From Alphaproteobacteria bacterium (GTDB lineage: Bacteria > Pseudomonadota > Alphaproteobacteria > GCA-2746255), in assembly GCA_021296325.1 (NCBI GenBank), contig JAGWAR010000002.1, positions 65,459 to 129,458 of the forward strand: a stretch of 64,000 nucleotides of DNA, in the 5' to 3' direction. The notes below the pieces were generated by a model. The model searched no databases. It worked only from the letters and a program-made list of their open reading frames with translations, and was not told the origin of the DNA. Both the position numbers and the translations under genes were made by a program. Positions 30,967 to 41,310 of the stretch are shown one piece after another (the stretch's first letter is position 1; each line of letters begins with the position of its first letter).

Positions 30967-31929
30967 ATGGCTGTCTACACCGAAGTCTCCGACGAAGATC
31001 TCAAAACGTTCGTCGCCGAATACGACTTGGGCGGGGTCGTTGCCTTCAAGGGCATCGCCGAGGGCGTCGAAAACTCGAACTACCTTCTGAACATGGAAGC
31101 GGCGACGTATATCCTGACGCTTTACGAAAAGCGCGTCGCGCGCGAAGACCTGCCGTTCTTTCTGGCCCTGATGGAACACCTGGCCGGGCAAGGCGTGCCC
31201 TGCCCCCGGCCCATCCACGGCAAGGATGGAAAGGTCATGCGCAACCTGTGCGGCAAGCCCGCCGCCATCATCAGCTTCCTACAGGGCATGTGGCCGCGGC
31301 GCGTCCTGCCGGACCATTGCCGGCTTCTGGGCCAGGCCATCGCCGCCATGCATCTGGCCGGTGAAAGTTTCGCCCAGTCGCGCCCCAACGCGCTTGGCCT
31401 GGAAGGTTGGGAAAGGCTGTTCCAGGCGTGCGCAGAGAAGGCGGACGAGGTGCGGCCAGGCCTTGCCGCAGAAATCCGCGGGGAACTCGACTCGTTGGCC
31501 AAGGATTGGCCCAAAAATCTGCCCAAGGGAATCATTCACGCCGATCTTTTTCCGGACAACGTCTTTTTCCTCGGCAACGAGCTTTCCGGGCTCATCGACT
31601 TCTATTTCGCCTGCAACGACTTCTTCGCCTACGAGTTGGCGATTTGCCTGAACGCCTGGTGCTTCGAAACGGATGGCGGCTTCAACATCACGAATGCCGG
31701 CCATTTGATCGCGGCCTACCGCGCCGTCAGGCCGCTGCAGGAGGAAGAGATCGCGGCTCTGCCCGCCCTTGCCCGGGGCGCCGCCATGCGGTTCCTGCTG
31801 ACCCGGCTTTACGACTGGCTCAACCAGGCCGACGGCGCACTGGTCCGGCCCAAGAACCCGCTTGAATTCCTCCAGCGGCTGCGCTTCCACAAGGGCATCG
31901 AAAGCCCGACGGCCTACGGAATCGTCTGA
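30967..31929 (+). CDS. thrB: Homoserine kinase, type II (APH-fold ThrB)
   Basis: 320 aa. Brenner motif [11 protein letters not shown] and D...N catalytic loop; the Pseudomonas-type ThrB family. Confidence 0.85.
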   Translation: MAVYTEVSDEDLKTFVAEYDLGGVVAFKGIAEGVENSNYLLNMEAATYILTLYEKRVAREDLPFFLALMEHLAGQGVPCPRPIHGKDGKVMRNLCGKPAAIISFLQGMWPRRVLPDHCRLLGQAIAAMHLAGESFAQSRPNALGLEGWERLFQACAEKADEVRPGLAAEIRGELDSLAKDWPKNLPKGIIHADLFPDNVFFLGNELSGLIDFYFACNDFFAYELAICLNAWCFETDGGFNITNAGHLIAAYRAVRPLQEEEIAALPALARGAAMRFLLTRLYDWLNQADGALVRPKNPLEFLQRLRFHKGIESPTAYGIV

Positions 31930-31939
31930 GGATGCGGCG

Positions 31940-32383
31940 ATGACGGAAGAGATTGTCGATATCTTTACCGATGGGGCGTGCAGCGGCAATCCGGGCCCCG
32001 GCGGCTGGGGCGTGGTGCTGCGTTTTCGGGACACAATCCGCGAAATCTACGGCTTCGAGCCGGCCACGACGAACAACCGGATGGAATTGATGGCGGCGAT
32101 CCAGGCGCTCGAGACGCTGACGCGTCCCGTCAAGGTGCGGCTTTACACGGACAGCACCTATGTGAAGGACGGCATCACCCGATGGCTTCCCAACTGGAAG
32201 ACAAAGGGCTGGAAAACGGCGAACAAGAAACCGGTCAAGAACCGGGATTTGTGGGAACGCCTGGAGGCGGCGCTTGGCAGCCACGAGGTCGAGTGGCACT
32301 GGGTCAAGGCCCATGCCGGGCACCCCGAAAACGAGCGCGCCGACGAGCTGGCCCGTTTCGCCAGCCTCCAGGGAGAGGAATAG
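31940..32383 (+). CDS. rnhA: Ribonuclease HI
   Basis: [20 protein letters not shown] ... TDSTYV ... [19 protein letters not shown]. Confidence 0.9.
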   Translation: MTEEIVDIFTDGACSGNPGPGGWGVVLRFRDTIREIYGFEPATTNNRMELMAAIQALETLTRPVKVRLYTDSTYVKDGITRWLPNWKTKGWKTANKKPVKNRDLWERLEAALGSHEVEWHWVKAHAGHPENERADELARFASLQGEE

Positions 32384-32388
32384 CCCGG

Positions 32389-32871
32389 CTAGAGCGCGCC
32401 GAGAAGGTTCTCGGCCGTGCTGACGTCGAGCCCGGTGCCTTCTTCAAGCAGCAGATTCTTGACGACGCCGTCTTCGACCAGCATCGCGAAGCGCCGCGAA
32501 CGCACCCCCATGCCGAACTTGCTGACGTCCCATTCGAAGCCAAGCGCCTTCGTGAAATCGGCGTTGCCGTCGCCCAGCATGAGAACCTTGCCATCGGCAT
32601 TTTGCGCCTTGCCCCACGAATCCATCACGAAGGCATCGTTCACGGAAACGCAGGCAATCGTATCGACGCCTTTCGCCTTGATCGCGTCGAGGTTGTCCAC
32701 GAAGCCGGGCAGATGTTTCGTCGAACAGGTCGGCGTGAAAGCGCCCGGCACGCCGATGACCACGACGCGCTTGCCCTTGAAGAGTTCGTCCGTTGAGATC
32801 GGCTTGGGCCCCTCCGCCGTCATCTGTTGAAGCGTTACCGACGGGACCTTGTCGCCTTCCTTGATTGCCAT
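32389..32871 (-). CDS. Peroxiredoxin (Prx5 subfamily)
   Basis: GAFTPTCS peroxidatic Cys motif; 160 aa. Confidence 0.85.
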   Translation of the reverse strand: MAIKEGDKVPSVTLQQMTAEGPKPISTDELFKGKRVVVIGVPGAFTPTCSTKHLPGFVDNLDAIKAKGVDTIACVSVNDAFVMDSWGKAQNADGKVLMLGDGNADFTKALGFEWDVSKFGMGVRSRRFAMLVEDGVVKNLLLEEGTGLDVSTAENLLGAL

Positions 32872-32983
32872 GTTGTTTTCCTCCCACTCTCGCCCTGTGC
32901 GAGATTGCGTTTTGATGCCCCTAAGTTAAAGGGATTGGGCCGGTGATTTCATCCCCAATTTCCATGCGGGTTTCGCCAGGTCC

Positions 32984-35179
32984 CTATTTTGCGCCTTCTG
33001 CCTGCGCCATGGCCTTCAGCACGGCGGCCTGCGTCAGAAGTTCGGGCAGGGGCACACCGGCGGGCGCGGCCGGGCCATAGACGACGTTGAAGGGAATCCC
33101 GAAGCGGCCGAAGGTGGCGAGGTAGTCGGCGATCCGTTCATCGGGCCGCGTCCAGTCGGCTCGCATGGCGACCACCTGTTCACTTTCCAGCCGTTCCCGG
33201 ACGCCGCCTTGATCGAGGACCAGTTCCTTGTTGGCCCGGCAGGTGAGGCACCACTTCGCCGTGACGTCGACGAAGACGAGCTTGCCGTCGGCGACCAGGG
33301 CCGGAATGCGGCCGGCGTCGAAGGGCTGCCACGGCCCCTCCCCGGCGGCGGGCGGCGGCGAAGGCGCGCCGGGCGCCGTTAGCGTCACCGCAAGGGGCAG
33401 CAGCAGGAAGAGCGCGATCAGGGCGCCCAGCGACCTTCGGGATTTCGGAAAGCGCGCGCGCAAGCCGGTTGCCAGGAAAAGGCCGGCCATCAGCACGCCG
33501 ACCGCAAGGCTGGCCCTTTCCCCTATTTCGCTGGCGAAGACCGTAAGCAGCCAAAGCGCCGTCGCAAGCAGCGCCAGCCCCAGCAGGCGGCGGAGCACGC
33601 CCATCCAGGGGCCGGGTCTGGGAAGCCGCGTCGCCAGGGCCGGAAACGCGACGACCAACAGATAGGGAAGCGCCAGACCAAGACCCAGGGCCGTGAAGAT
33701 CGCATAGATCTCAAGCGGCCCGCGGGAAAGTGCAAAGCCGATCGAGGTGCCGAGAAAGGGTGCCGAGCAGGGCGTCGCCAGCGCGGTCGCAAAAACACCG
33801 GTCAGGAAATGGCCGGCCATGCCCTGCCCCCCCTTGCCGGCGAGCCGGATCTGCAGGGCGCCCGGCAGGCGAATTTCGAAAAAGCCCCAGAGATTGGCCG
33901 CGAAAAGCGTCAGCACGACGATCATGGACAGCAGGAAAAGCGGTGCCTGAAACTGAAAGCCCCAACCGACGGCATGGCCGGCGCCGCGCAGCAGCGCGAT
34001 CAGGGTAGCGAGCAGAAGGAAGGCGAAGAGGATGCCGGCGACCGAGGCGAGGAAGCCCTTGCGCACCTCCACACGCGCCGCGCCGCCATGACCGGCGAGG
34101 GCAAGCAATTTCAGGGAAAGCACCGGCAGCACGCAGGGCATCAGATTGAGGATGAGGCCACCGAGCAGAGCCAGTAGCAGGACGGCGGCGAGGGTTTCGG
34201 GCGCAAGGGCGCCGACCGGGGCGGGGGATACGGGAAGGATGCGTTCAACCGCGCGCAGATCCACCTTTCCCGCCCCGTCGACCAGGGTGAAGCGCAGATC
34301 CTGGCTGCGAAGCGCGGCAAGCTTCGGCGGCACGCCGCCGGGGCCCTCGACGGCAAGGCGGAAAAGCGCGTGACGCCGGCCCGACCAGAAGCGCGTCTCG
34401 GGGGCGGCAAAGAACAGGCCTTCCGGCCCCTCGACGTAAAGGTCGGGCGAACGGAAAGGCGCTTCTGCCCGCCCGACGACGGAAAGAAGGCCTGAGGCCT
34501 CGGCATATTCGGCGCGCTCGACCGCAAGGCCCACCGGCGCGCCTTCGCCGGGCACGCGGGCAAGGGCGTGCGCGATCGCCGTGCGTTCCGGCGAGGCGGC
34601 CCCCGCCTTCGCCCCGGCGAGGTCGAGGGAAAGGTCGGCCTCGCCTGGAATGCAGATTTCATCGCAAACAAGATAGGTGACCCTGGCGCGAAGCCGGACG
34701 GGGGCGTTTGCGTCCTGCACACCCGCCCGCACCGGAAAGACGACGCCATTGTGGTAGCCCAGCGTCTCGAGCCCGAGCACGCGGAAGCGTTCCGGCACCG
34801 GCCACAGGAAGGAAGGGGGGGCGAGATTTTCCGAACCGGACCAGTCCACCTCCGGCGGATAGCCGGCATCTCCCGGCGCCCGCCAATAGACCTTCCAGCC
34901 GGGCAGCAATTCGAATTCAAGCCCGAGAAGAAGTGTGTCCCCGCCGTCCTTTTCGGGGCCGCCGGCAAGCAGCCGGAGGCGGGCCGGGCGCGCCGTCGCA
35001 TCGAGGGGTTCCTCGCTGGACCAGGCTGACGTCGCGGCCACGGCATCCCCGGACGGCACCGGCCAAAGCCAGGCGCCGCATGCAAAGAGGGCGGCGCAAA
35101 GAAGCCGCCGCGCCACGGTCCGGGTGAACATTGGAATCATTTTAACGCAATATAGCGACTGGTCGTCTTTTGATCGCAA
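32984..35179 (-). CDS. dsbD: DsbD/ScsB-family transmembrane thiol:disulfide reductase
   Basis: N-terminal periplasmic domain with VCDEIC, a central multi-TM core with MPCVLPVLSLK, and a C-terminal thioredoxin with WCLTC. The true start is probably a few codons inside the track ORF (MFTRTVARRLL signal peptide). Confidence 0.8.
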   Translation of the reverse strand: MRSKDDQSLYCVKMIPMFTRTVARRLLCAALFACGAWLWPVPSGDAVAATSAWSSEEPLDATARPARLRLLAGGPEKDGGDTLLLGLEFELLPGWKVYWRAPGDAGYPPEVDWSGSENLAPPSFLWPVPERFRVLGLETLGYHNGVVFPVRAGVQDANAPVRLRARVTYLVCDEICIPGEADLSLDLAGAKAGAASPERTAIAHALARVPGEGAPVGLAVERAEYAEASGLLSVVGRAEAPFRSPDLYVEGPEGLFFAAPETRFWSGRRHALFRLAVEGPGGVPPKLAALRSQDLRFTLVDGAGKVDLRAVERILPVSPAPVGALAPETLAAVLLLALLGGLILNLMPCVLPVLSLKLLALAGHGGAARVEVRKGFLASVAGILFAFLLLATLIALLRGAGHAVGWGFQFQAPLFLLSMIVVLTLFAANLWGFFEIRLPGALQIRLAGKGGQGMAGHFLTGVFATALATPCSAPFLGTSIGFALSRGPLEIYAIFTALGLGLALPYLLVVAFPALATRLPRPGPWMGVLRRLLGLALLATALWLLTVFASEIGERASLAVGVLMAGLFLATGLRARFPKSRRSLGALIALFLLLPLAVTLTAPGAPSPPPAAGEGPWQPFDAGRIPALVADGKLVFVDVTAKWCLTCRANKELVLDQGGVRERLESEQVVAMRADWTRPDERIADYLATFGRFGIPFNVVYGPAAPAGVPLPELLTQAAVLKAMAQAEGAK

Positions 35180-35253
35180 GGATTTCCGCGGCTCACGGAA
35201 GTTTTACGCCCCGGTAAGCTTGCGTTTACCTAAAGGCTTCCAAACTATACCCT

Positions 35254-35832
35254 ATGGAAGTGATGGAACCGACATCCCAGGGTTATCTGGTTGGCCAGCT
35301 TCTGATTGCGACGCCCCAGATTCAGGACCCCCGCTTTTCGCGAACCGTTATCTACGTATGCGCCCACAGCCAGGAAGGCGCGATGGGGCTGGTCGTCAAC
35401 CGACGCATCGGCAGCGCGCCCCTGCCGGACCTGCTGGAACAGCTTGGCGTCGATACCCCGACCGACAGCCGGGAAATTAACCTGTTCTTCGGCGGCCCCG
35501 TCGAATCGGAACGGGGCTTCGTTCTGCATTCGGCGGAATACCAGCAGGACAGCACGCTGAAGATCGATTCGAACGTTGCCCTGACGGCATCGGCCGAGAT
35601 TCTGAAAGACATCGCCCAGGGACGCGGGCCACGGAAAAGCATGGTCGTGCTTGGTTACGCCGGATGGGCCCCCGGCCAGCTGGAAGTCGAGATTCGGAAC
35701 AATGGCTGGCTGCACGCCTCCGCCGACGAGCTGTTGATCTTCGACGAAGAGCTGGACGCGAAGTGGGAAATGGCGCTGGCGAAGATCGGCGTCGACTGGG
35801 GCATGCTTTCCGGCCAGGCGGGCAACGCCTAA
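35254..35832 (+). CDS. yqgE: YqgE/AlgH family protein (UPF0301)
   Basis: LLIATPQIQDPRFSRTVIYVCAHSQEGAMGLVVNR signature. Confidence 0.8.
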   Translation: MEVMEPTSQGYLVGQLLIATPQIQDPRFSRTVIYVCAHSQEGAMGLVVNRRIGSAPLPDLLEQLGVDTPTDSREINLFFGGPVESERGFVLHSAEYQQDSTLKIDSNVALTASAEILKDIAQGRGPRKSMVVLGYAGWAPGQLEVEIRNNGWLHASADELLIFDEELDAKWEMALAKIGVDWGMLSGQAGNA

Positions 35833-35865
35833 GCCCCGTTCTCTTCAATTCCAACGATGGCGCGA

Positions 35866-37122
35866 TCAGCCGAAGCGGCTTTGCAGCCGCTCGAAAGTCT
35901 CGAGCCCGCCGGTCGGACCCAGCGCGGCAAGCGTAGGCTTGCCCTTGCAGAGCCGGCCCGCGACGCGCGCAATCGCCGCCCCGTCAACCGCGTCGATGCG
36001 GCTTGCGATTTCTTCCGGCGGCAAAGGCCGGCCGAAAACCAGCAACTGGTTTGCCAGCTGTTCGCACCGCGCGCCTGAACTTTCCCGCGACATCAGGATC
36101 CCCGCCTTGAGCTGTGCCTTCGCCCGGTTGATTTCGTCCTCTGTCGTATCGCGCGCCGTCGCCTGAACGGTCTCGGCGATGACGGGGACCAGCTCGCCCG
36201 CCTCCTTCGGTCCCGTGCCCGCGTAAATTCCAAAAAGCCCGCCATCGGAATAGAAGGAAGTGAAGCTGTGGATCGTGTAGACGAGCCCCCGCTTCTCGCG
36301 CACCTCCTGGAAAAGCCGCGACGACATGCCGCCGCCCAGCAGCATCGAATAGACGGAAAGCGCGTAGAAATCCGGGTCCAGATAGCTAAGACCCTGAAAA
36401 CCAAGAACAAGATGGAGCTGTTCGAGATCGCGGGCCTCGCGGCTGTCGCCGCCAGCATAGCGGGCCGGCGCGGGCGCGTCCGCCGTCTGCGGCGCGAGCC
36501 CCTCGAAGGCGCGGCCCGCCAGATCGCGCAGCTTGTCATGCTCGACGTCGCCGGCCGCCGCCAGCACCATGCGCGAGGCGCCGTAATTCGCGTCCAAATA
36601 GCCGAGGATCGCCGGACGCGAAAGCCCGGCAAGCGTCGCATGGGTGCCCAGCACCGGCCAGCCCATCGGCTGGTCCGGGTAGCACGCCCCTTGATAGCGA
36701 TCGAAAATGACGTCGTCCGGCGTGTCCTCCGCCTGGCCGATTTCCTGGGCGACGACGGCGCGCTCGCGTTCGAGCTCGGTCGCGTCGAAAACGGAATGCT
36801 GGAGAATGTCGGCCAGAAGATCGACGGCAAGGGGAAGGTCGGCCCCCAGCACGCGCGCATGATAGGCCGTCTGTTCCCGCGACGTATAGGCGTTGAGCGC
36901 GCCGCCGACGGCTTCGATCGCTTCGACGATGGCCCTGGCCGAGCGCGTCTTCGTTCCCTTGAACGCCATGTGCTCGAGCAGGTGGGCGACCCCGTTGACC
37001 TCGGCCGTTTCGTAACGGGTGCCGGCGCCGACCCAGACGCCGACGGTGGCGCTTTCGACTCCTTCCATGCGGTCCGTCGCCACGCGCAGGCCATTGGCAA
37101 GGGTCGTGACTTCGACCGTCAT
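35866..37122 (-). CDS. M16-family zinc peptidase (pitrilysin/MPP-like)
   Basis: HLLEHMAFKGT inverted zinc motif; 418 aa. Confidence 0.85.
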   Translation of the reverse strand: MTVEVTTLANGLRVATDRMEGVESATVGVWVGAGTRYETAEVNGVAHLLEHMAFKGTKTRSARAIVEAIEAVGGALNAYTSREQTAYHARVLGADLPLAVDLLADILQHSVFDATELERERAVVAQEIGQAEDTPDDVIFDRYQGACYPDQPMGWPVLGTHATLAGLSRPAILGYLDANYGASRMVLAAAGDVEHDKLRDLAGRAFEGLAPQTADAPAPARYAGGDSREARDLEQLHLVLGFQGLSYLDPDFYALSVYSMLLGGGMSSRLFQEVREKRGLVYTIHSFTSFYSDGGLFGIYAGTGPKEAGELVPVIAETVQATARDTTEDEINRAKAQLKAGILMSRESSGARCEQLANQLLVFGRPLPPEEIASRIDAVDGAAIARVAGRLCKGKPTLAALGPTGGLETFERLQSRFG

Positions 37123-38513
37123 GCGGCCCCCTGAAGGCGCGCATGAGCCCGCACATGGGCCTTCACTTCCGCAAGATCGTTGGGAAGCGTCACCATGCGT
37201 TCTTCGCGCTCGAAAAGATCGGCGAGGCGCTTCGGCAGGGCCGGACGCGTGCCGGTCGCCCGTTCGACGGCGTCGGGAAATTTCGCTGGATGCGCACTGG
37301 CCAGCGCCACCACCGGCGCGTCGTCCCCGTCCCGGACGGCCCGCGCCGCGGCCACCGCGATCGCCGTGTGGGGGTCGATCAGAAGCCCGTTTTCCCGATG
37401 GACCGCCGCGATCGTCGCAAGCGTCGCCACGTCGTCGAAGCGGTGAGCGGAGAAAGTCTCAAGCGCCTGATCGAGAAGTTTTTTTTCCACATCGAGACGG
37501 CCCGAACGACGGAACGCCTCCATGGCAGCGCACAGCTTTTCGCCGTCGCGTTCGTAAAGGTCGAACAGGAAGCGTTCGAAATTGCTGGAAATCTGGATGT
37601 CCATCGCCGGGCTCAGGCTGGGCTCGACATTGCGTACCGTCATGGCGCCTTCGGTGAAGAAGCGGAACAGAATGTCGTTCCGGTTGGTGCCGATCACCAG
37701 CTTGCGAACCGGAAGTCCCATCCGTTTCGCCACATAGCCGGCATAGACGTTGCCAAAATTGCCGGTCGGCACGGCGAAGGCAAGCGGTTGGCCGGCGTCC
37801 AGCTTGAGCGCGGCGGCAAAATAATAGACCGTCTGGGCCAGGATACGCGCCCAGTTGATCGAATTCACCGAGGAAAGCCGCAACGCGTCCCGGAATCCGG
37901 CGTCGTTGAACATGCCCTTCACGAGGTCCTGGCAATCGTCGAAAGTGCCGTCGATGGCGAGGTTGTGAACGTTGGCGGAAGCGACCGTCGTCATCTGCCG
38001 GCGCTGCACTTCCGAGATCCGTCCCTTCGGATGCAGGATGAAGACGTCGATGGCGTCGCGGTCGCGGCAGGCTTCGATCGCCGCCGAGCCAGTATCGCCC
38101 GAGGTGGCGCCAAGCACGGTGATGCGGCTTTTGCGGGCCTGCAGCACGTGGTCGAACAGCCGGCCCAGCACCTGAAGGGCATAGTCCTTGAAGGCCAGCG
38201 TCGGCCCGTGAAAGAGTTCCATCAGCCAGAGCTTGCCGTCGAGCGGGCGCAGGGGCGCCACGTCCGGATCGTCGAAGCCGGCATAGGCCTCCTCCACCAG
38301 GCGGGCAAAATCCTTAGGCGCGATCGCCTCGCCCAGAAAGGGCGTCATGACGCGAACGGCAAGATCGGGATAGGAAAGGCCCCGCAGCGAGACGGGATCG
38401 AGCGGCGGAAAGGCCGCCGGCACGTAGAGCCCGCCGTCCCGGGCCAGCCCGGTCAGCAACACCTCGTCAAAGGGAAGTTCGGGCGCCTCGCCCCGGGTGC
38501 TGACATAACGCAA
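37119..38513 (-). CDS. thrC: Threonine synthase
   Basis: MRYVSTRG...PTLAFKD (PLP-lysine); 464 aa. Confidence 0.9.
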   Translation of the reverse strand: MRYVSTRGEAPELPFDEVLLTGLARDGGLYVPAAFPPLDPVSLRGLSYPDLAVRVMTPFLGEAIAPKDFARLVEEAYAGFDDPDVAPLRPLDGKLWLMELFHGPTLAFKDYALQVLGRLFDHVLQARKSRITVLGATSGDTGSAAIEACRDRDAIDVFILHPKGRISEVQRRQMTTVASANVHNLAIDGTFDDCQDLVKGMFNDAGFRDALRLSSVNSINWARILAQTVYYFAAALKLDAGQPLAFAVPTGNFGNVYAGYVAKRMGLPVRKLVIGTNRNDILFRFFTEGAMTVRNVEPSLSPAMDIQISSNFERFLFDLYERDGEKLCAAMEAFRRSGRLDVEKKLLDQALETFSAHRFDDVATLATIAAVHRENGLLIDPHTAIAVAAARAVRDGDDAPVVALASAHPAKFPDAVERATGTRPALPKRLADLFEREERMVTLPNDLAEVKAHVRAHARLQGAA

Positions 38514-38593
38514 GGTATCGTCTCCGAAATTTCGCGCCCCGCGACCCTAGCCCCCGGCCACCGCTGCGGCAAGCCGGCGGACGGGACGGCCGA

Positions 38594-39304
38594 TCAGGGC
38601 CGGGTGCGGCGATGGTAGAGAAAATAGATAACGAGCAAGCCGGCGGCCAGCGAATACCAGATGGTCGCGTAAGAGAGGTGATTGTCCGCAAGTTCGATCC
38701 GGGGCGGGTCGGCCACGGGATAGACACCCGGATCGCTGTCCGGCGCCGCCTCGAGCAGGAGGGGAACCACCGGCGTCACGCCGGCGAAGGCGGCCATCGC
38801 CGGCAGGTCCACGTGGAACCAGAGATTGTTTTCCGGCTCGTTCGCGGGCGTGAGCCAGCCCTTCGGCTTGTCCGTGCGCAGCACGCCTTCGATCGCCACG
38901 GCCCCGGAAGAAAGGCCGTCGGCGCGCGTGGCGGGGTCCTTGCGGTCCATCGGCACCCAGCCGCGATGGACGAGAAGCGCCCGACCGTCCTCGCGCAGAA
39001 AGGGCGTCACGATCCCGAAGCCGACATGGCCGTTGCGGGTGCGGCTCGTCAAATACATTTCCTTTTCGTGAAGGAAGCGGCCCCGGACCTGCACCCGGCG
39101 CAGCTCCCAGGTCTCCGGCGTCTCGATCCGGGCGGGCAGCGTCACCGGCGGTTCGGCAAGGTTGGCTTCCGCCTCCGCAATCAGCGCCCGCTTCCAGGCC
39201 AGCCGGTCCATCTGCCACGTGCCGAGCGCGATCAGCACCAGCACCGCCGGTACGGTCAGCAGGGTCGGCCACAGGGTCGGCCGGAAGGAGAAAGCCCCCT
39301 TCAA
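38594..39304 (-). CDS. surf1: SURF1-family cytochrome oxidase assembly protein
   Basis: Conserved N-terminus FSFRPTLWPTLLTVPAVLVLIALGTWQMDRLAWK and a C-terminal TM helix. Likely TTG start overlapping the DUF983 stop (TTGA). The track ORF is extended upstream by a GTG-initiated frame. Confidence 0.75.
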   Translation of the reverse strand: MKGAFSFRPTLWPTLLTVPAVLVLIALGTWQMDRLAWKRALIAEAEANLAEPPVTLPARIETPETWELRRVQVRGRFLHEKEMYLTSRTRNGHVGFGIVTPFLREDGRALLVHRGWVPMDRKDPATRADGLSSGAVAIEGVLRTDKPKGWLTPANEPENNLWFHVDLPAMAAFAGVTPVVPLLLEAAPDSDPGVYPVADPPRIELADNHLSYATIWYSLAAGLLVIYFLYHRRTRP

Positions 39305-39675
39305 GGTGCATCGTCCCGTTGATCGGGGCGGTATTGGTAGTGGATGCCGATGATCCCGCCCTTGAGCGGCGGCAGCATGAAATAGACCCCGCCGCAGACA
39401 AGCGGCACCCACAGCAGCCCGTGCACCCAGAAGGGCGGCATGTAGGCGACCTCGACGACAAGGGCGAGGCCAACCACCACAAAGCCCAGGATCAGGATGA
39501 TGAAGACGGACGGCCCATCCGCGTTCTCGAAGCCGGAAAGATCAAGGCCGCAGACCGAGCATCGGTCCGCGACCTTGAGATAACCCTTGAACAGTTTGCC
39601 TTTCCCGCAACGCGGGCAACGACCGGCAAGGCTTGCGCGAATTGGAGAAACGTCCGGGGCGGAACTTTCCGTCAT
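39301..39675 (-). CDS. DUF983-family small membrane protein with CxxC...CxxC zinc-ribbon
   Basis: CPRCGKGKLF...CSVCGL followed by two TM helices; conserved between coxC and surf1. Confidence 0.6.
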   Translation of the reverse strand: MTESSAPDVSPIRASLAGRCPRCGKGKLFKGYLKVADRCSVCGLDLSGFENADGPSVFIILILGFVVVGLALVVEVAYMPPFWVHGLLWVPLVCGGVYFMLPPLKGGIIGIHYQYRPDQRDDAP

Positions 39676-39697
39676 TCGCGTGTAAACGTAACCTCCT

Positions 39698-40507
39698 CTA
39701 GGCCGTCGGCCACCAATAGACGCAGGTGAACAGGAACAGCCACACCACGTCGACGAAATGCCAGTACCAGGCCGCCGCTTCGAACCCGAAGTGATGGTCC
39801 GGCTTGAAGTGGCCGAGGATTGCCCGGTACAGCATCGCCGACAGGAAGATCGAACCCACGATCACATGGAACCCGTGAAACCCGGTCGCCATGAAGAAGG
39901 TCGAGGGATAGATGCCATCGACGAAACGGAAGGGCGCATGGATGTATTCGTAAGCCTGAAACCCGGTAAAGGTAACGCCAAGCACAACGGTCGCCGCCAG
40001 CCAGCCGATCAGCTGGCCCCGGTTGCCGTGGCGCAGGCCGTGATGAGCGAGCGTCACCGTGCCGCCAGACGTCAACAGAATGACCGTGTTGATGAAGGGG
40101 ATGTCCCAGGGATCGAAGACTTTCATTCCGTTCGGCGGCCAGACGCTGCCGACCTGCTCCGTCGGAAAGAGGGAAGCGTTGAAATAGGCCCAGAAAAAGG
40201 CGGCGAAGAACAGCACCTCGGACATGATGAAAAGCGCCATACCGAAACGCAGGCCGACCTGCACGACGGGGTTATGGTAACCGTGGCGTTCGCCCTCCAG
40301 CGTGACATCCGTAAACCAGCGCACCATCGTATAAAGAATGCCGACGAAGCCCAGAATCATGATGGCGGCATCGGCAAGCGTGCGGTCGCTGTGCATGAAC
40401 AGAACGCCGCCACCGAACGTCAGGAACGCCGAGATGGCGCCTACGATCGGCCATGGCGACGGATCGACCAAGTGATAGGGATGCGGATGTGCGTGACCAT
40501 GCGTCAT
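39698..40507 (-). CDS. ctaE: Cytochrome c oxidase subunit III
   Basis: 269 aa, seven TM helices, HPYHLVDPSPWP N-terminus. Confidence 0.95.
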   Translation of the reverse strand: MTHGHAHPHPYHLVDPSPWPIVGAISAFLTFGGGVLFMHSDRTLADAAIMILGFVGILYTMVRWFTDVTLEGERHGYHNPVVQVGLRFGMALFIMSEVLFFAAFFWAYFNASLFPTEQVGSVWPPNGMKVFDPWDIPFINTVILLTSGGTVTLAHHGLRHGNRGQLIGWLAATVVLGVTFTGFQAYEYIHAPFRFVDGIYPSTFFMATGFHGFHVIVGSIFLSAMLYRAILGHFKPDHHFGFEAAAWYWHFVDVVWLFLFTCVYWWPTA

Positions 40508-40576
40508 TGAATTAATCCTCCAAGGTGCCCCGTAATCTTGTGCATTCGATTGCTCGCATACAGAATTCCCCGCCCC

Positions 40577-41179
40577 TTAGCGGCCCGCGCCTTCTTCGGT
40601 GGCCGCATGCGCCAGACGCGCCGCCGCTTCCTTGCCGGCGCTTTCCTCGCTGAAGGCGGGAAAGAACGTGTAGGAAAGGGTGATCGTCTCGACGTCTTCG
40701 AGGTTGGGATCCTTTAAAATTTCCGGATCGATAAAGAAGGAGACCGGCATGTCGGCGCTCTCCCCCGGTTTGAGCTGCTGTTCGTCGAAACAGAAGCAAT
40801 GAATCTTGCTGAAATAGGGGCCGGCCTTCAGCGGCGTCACGTTGAAGACGGCGGTGCCGGTCAGCGTTTCCTTCGAACGGTTCGTCGCCTCGTAGAAGGC
40901 AAGTTTTTCCTCGCCCACACGGACCGTGACCTTGCGCTGCACCGGCTGGAAGGCCCATGGCAAATCAGGGGCGATGTCGGCGTTGAAACGCACGGTGATC
41001 CGGCGATCGGAAACCGCGTCCGGGGCGGCGTCGGCCGTCTGGGTAGTCCCACCGAAACCCGTCACCTGGCAGAACAGGCGATAAAGCGGAACCGACGCAA
41101 AACTCAACCCCGTCATGCCGGCAACGACAAGCACGAGCGAAGCAAGCACCACCCGGTTGCGATGCGCTTTTTTCACCAC
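40577..41179 (-). CDS. ctaG: Cytochrome c oxidase assembly protein CtaG/Cox11
   Basis: SVPLYRLFCQVTGFGG and the copper-binding CFCF motif. GTG start with GGGAGAGG RBS; the 362-aa track ORF is over-extended. Confidence 0.85.
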   Translation of the reverse strand: MVKKAHRNRVVLASLVLVVAGMTGLSFASVPLYRLFCQVTGFGGTTQTADAAPDAVSDRRITVRFNADIAPDLPWAFQPVQRKVTVRVGEEKLAFYEATNRSKETLTGTAVFNVTPLKAGPYFSKIHCFCFDEQQLKPGESADMPVSFFIDPEILKDPNLEDVETITLSYTFFPAFSEESAGKEAAARLAHAATEEGAGR

Positions 41180-41295
41180 GCCTCTCCCATCCGGATGATC
41201 GAGACAACGTAGATCAGCGCCACCAGCCCGAGCAGCACGGCAAGAACCACCAGGTTCTTGGTCCGCAGATTTTTCTTCGAGTTGTCGTCGGTCAT
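41170..41295 (-). CDS. Small (41-aa) single-TM protein between ctaB and ctaG (coxF-like position)
   Basis: ATG...MTDDNSKKNLRTKNLVVLAVLLGLVALIYVVSIIRMGEAW. Stop TGA overlaps the ctaG GTG-GTG start. Not present in the supplied track (below its size cut-off). Coordinates are approximate, +/-3. Confidence 0.4.
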
Positions 41296-41310
41296 CGTCG
41301 TCTACACACC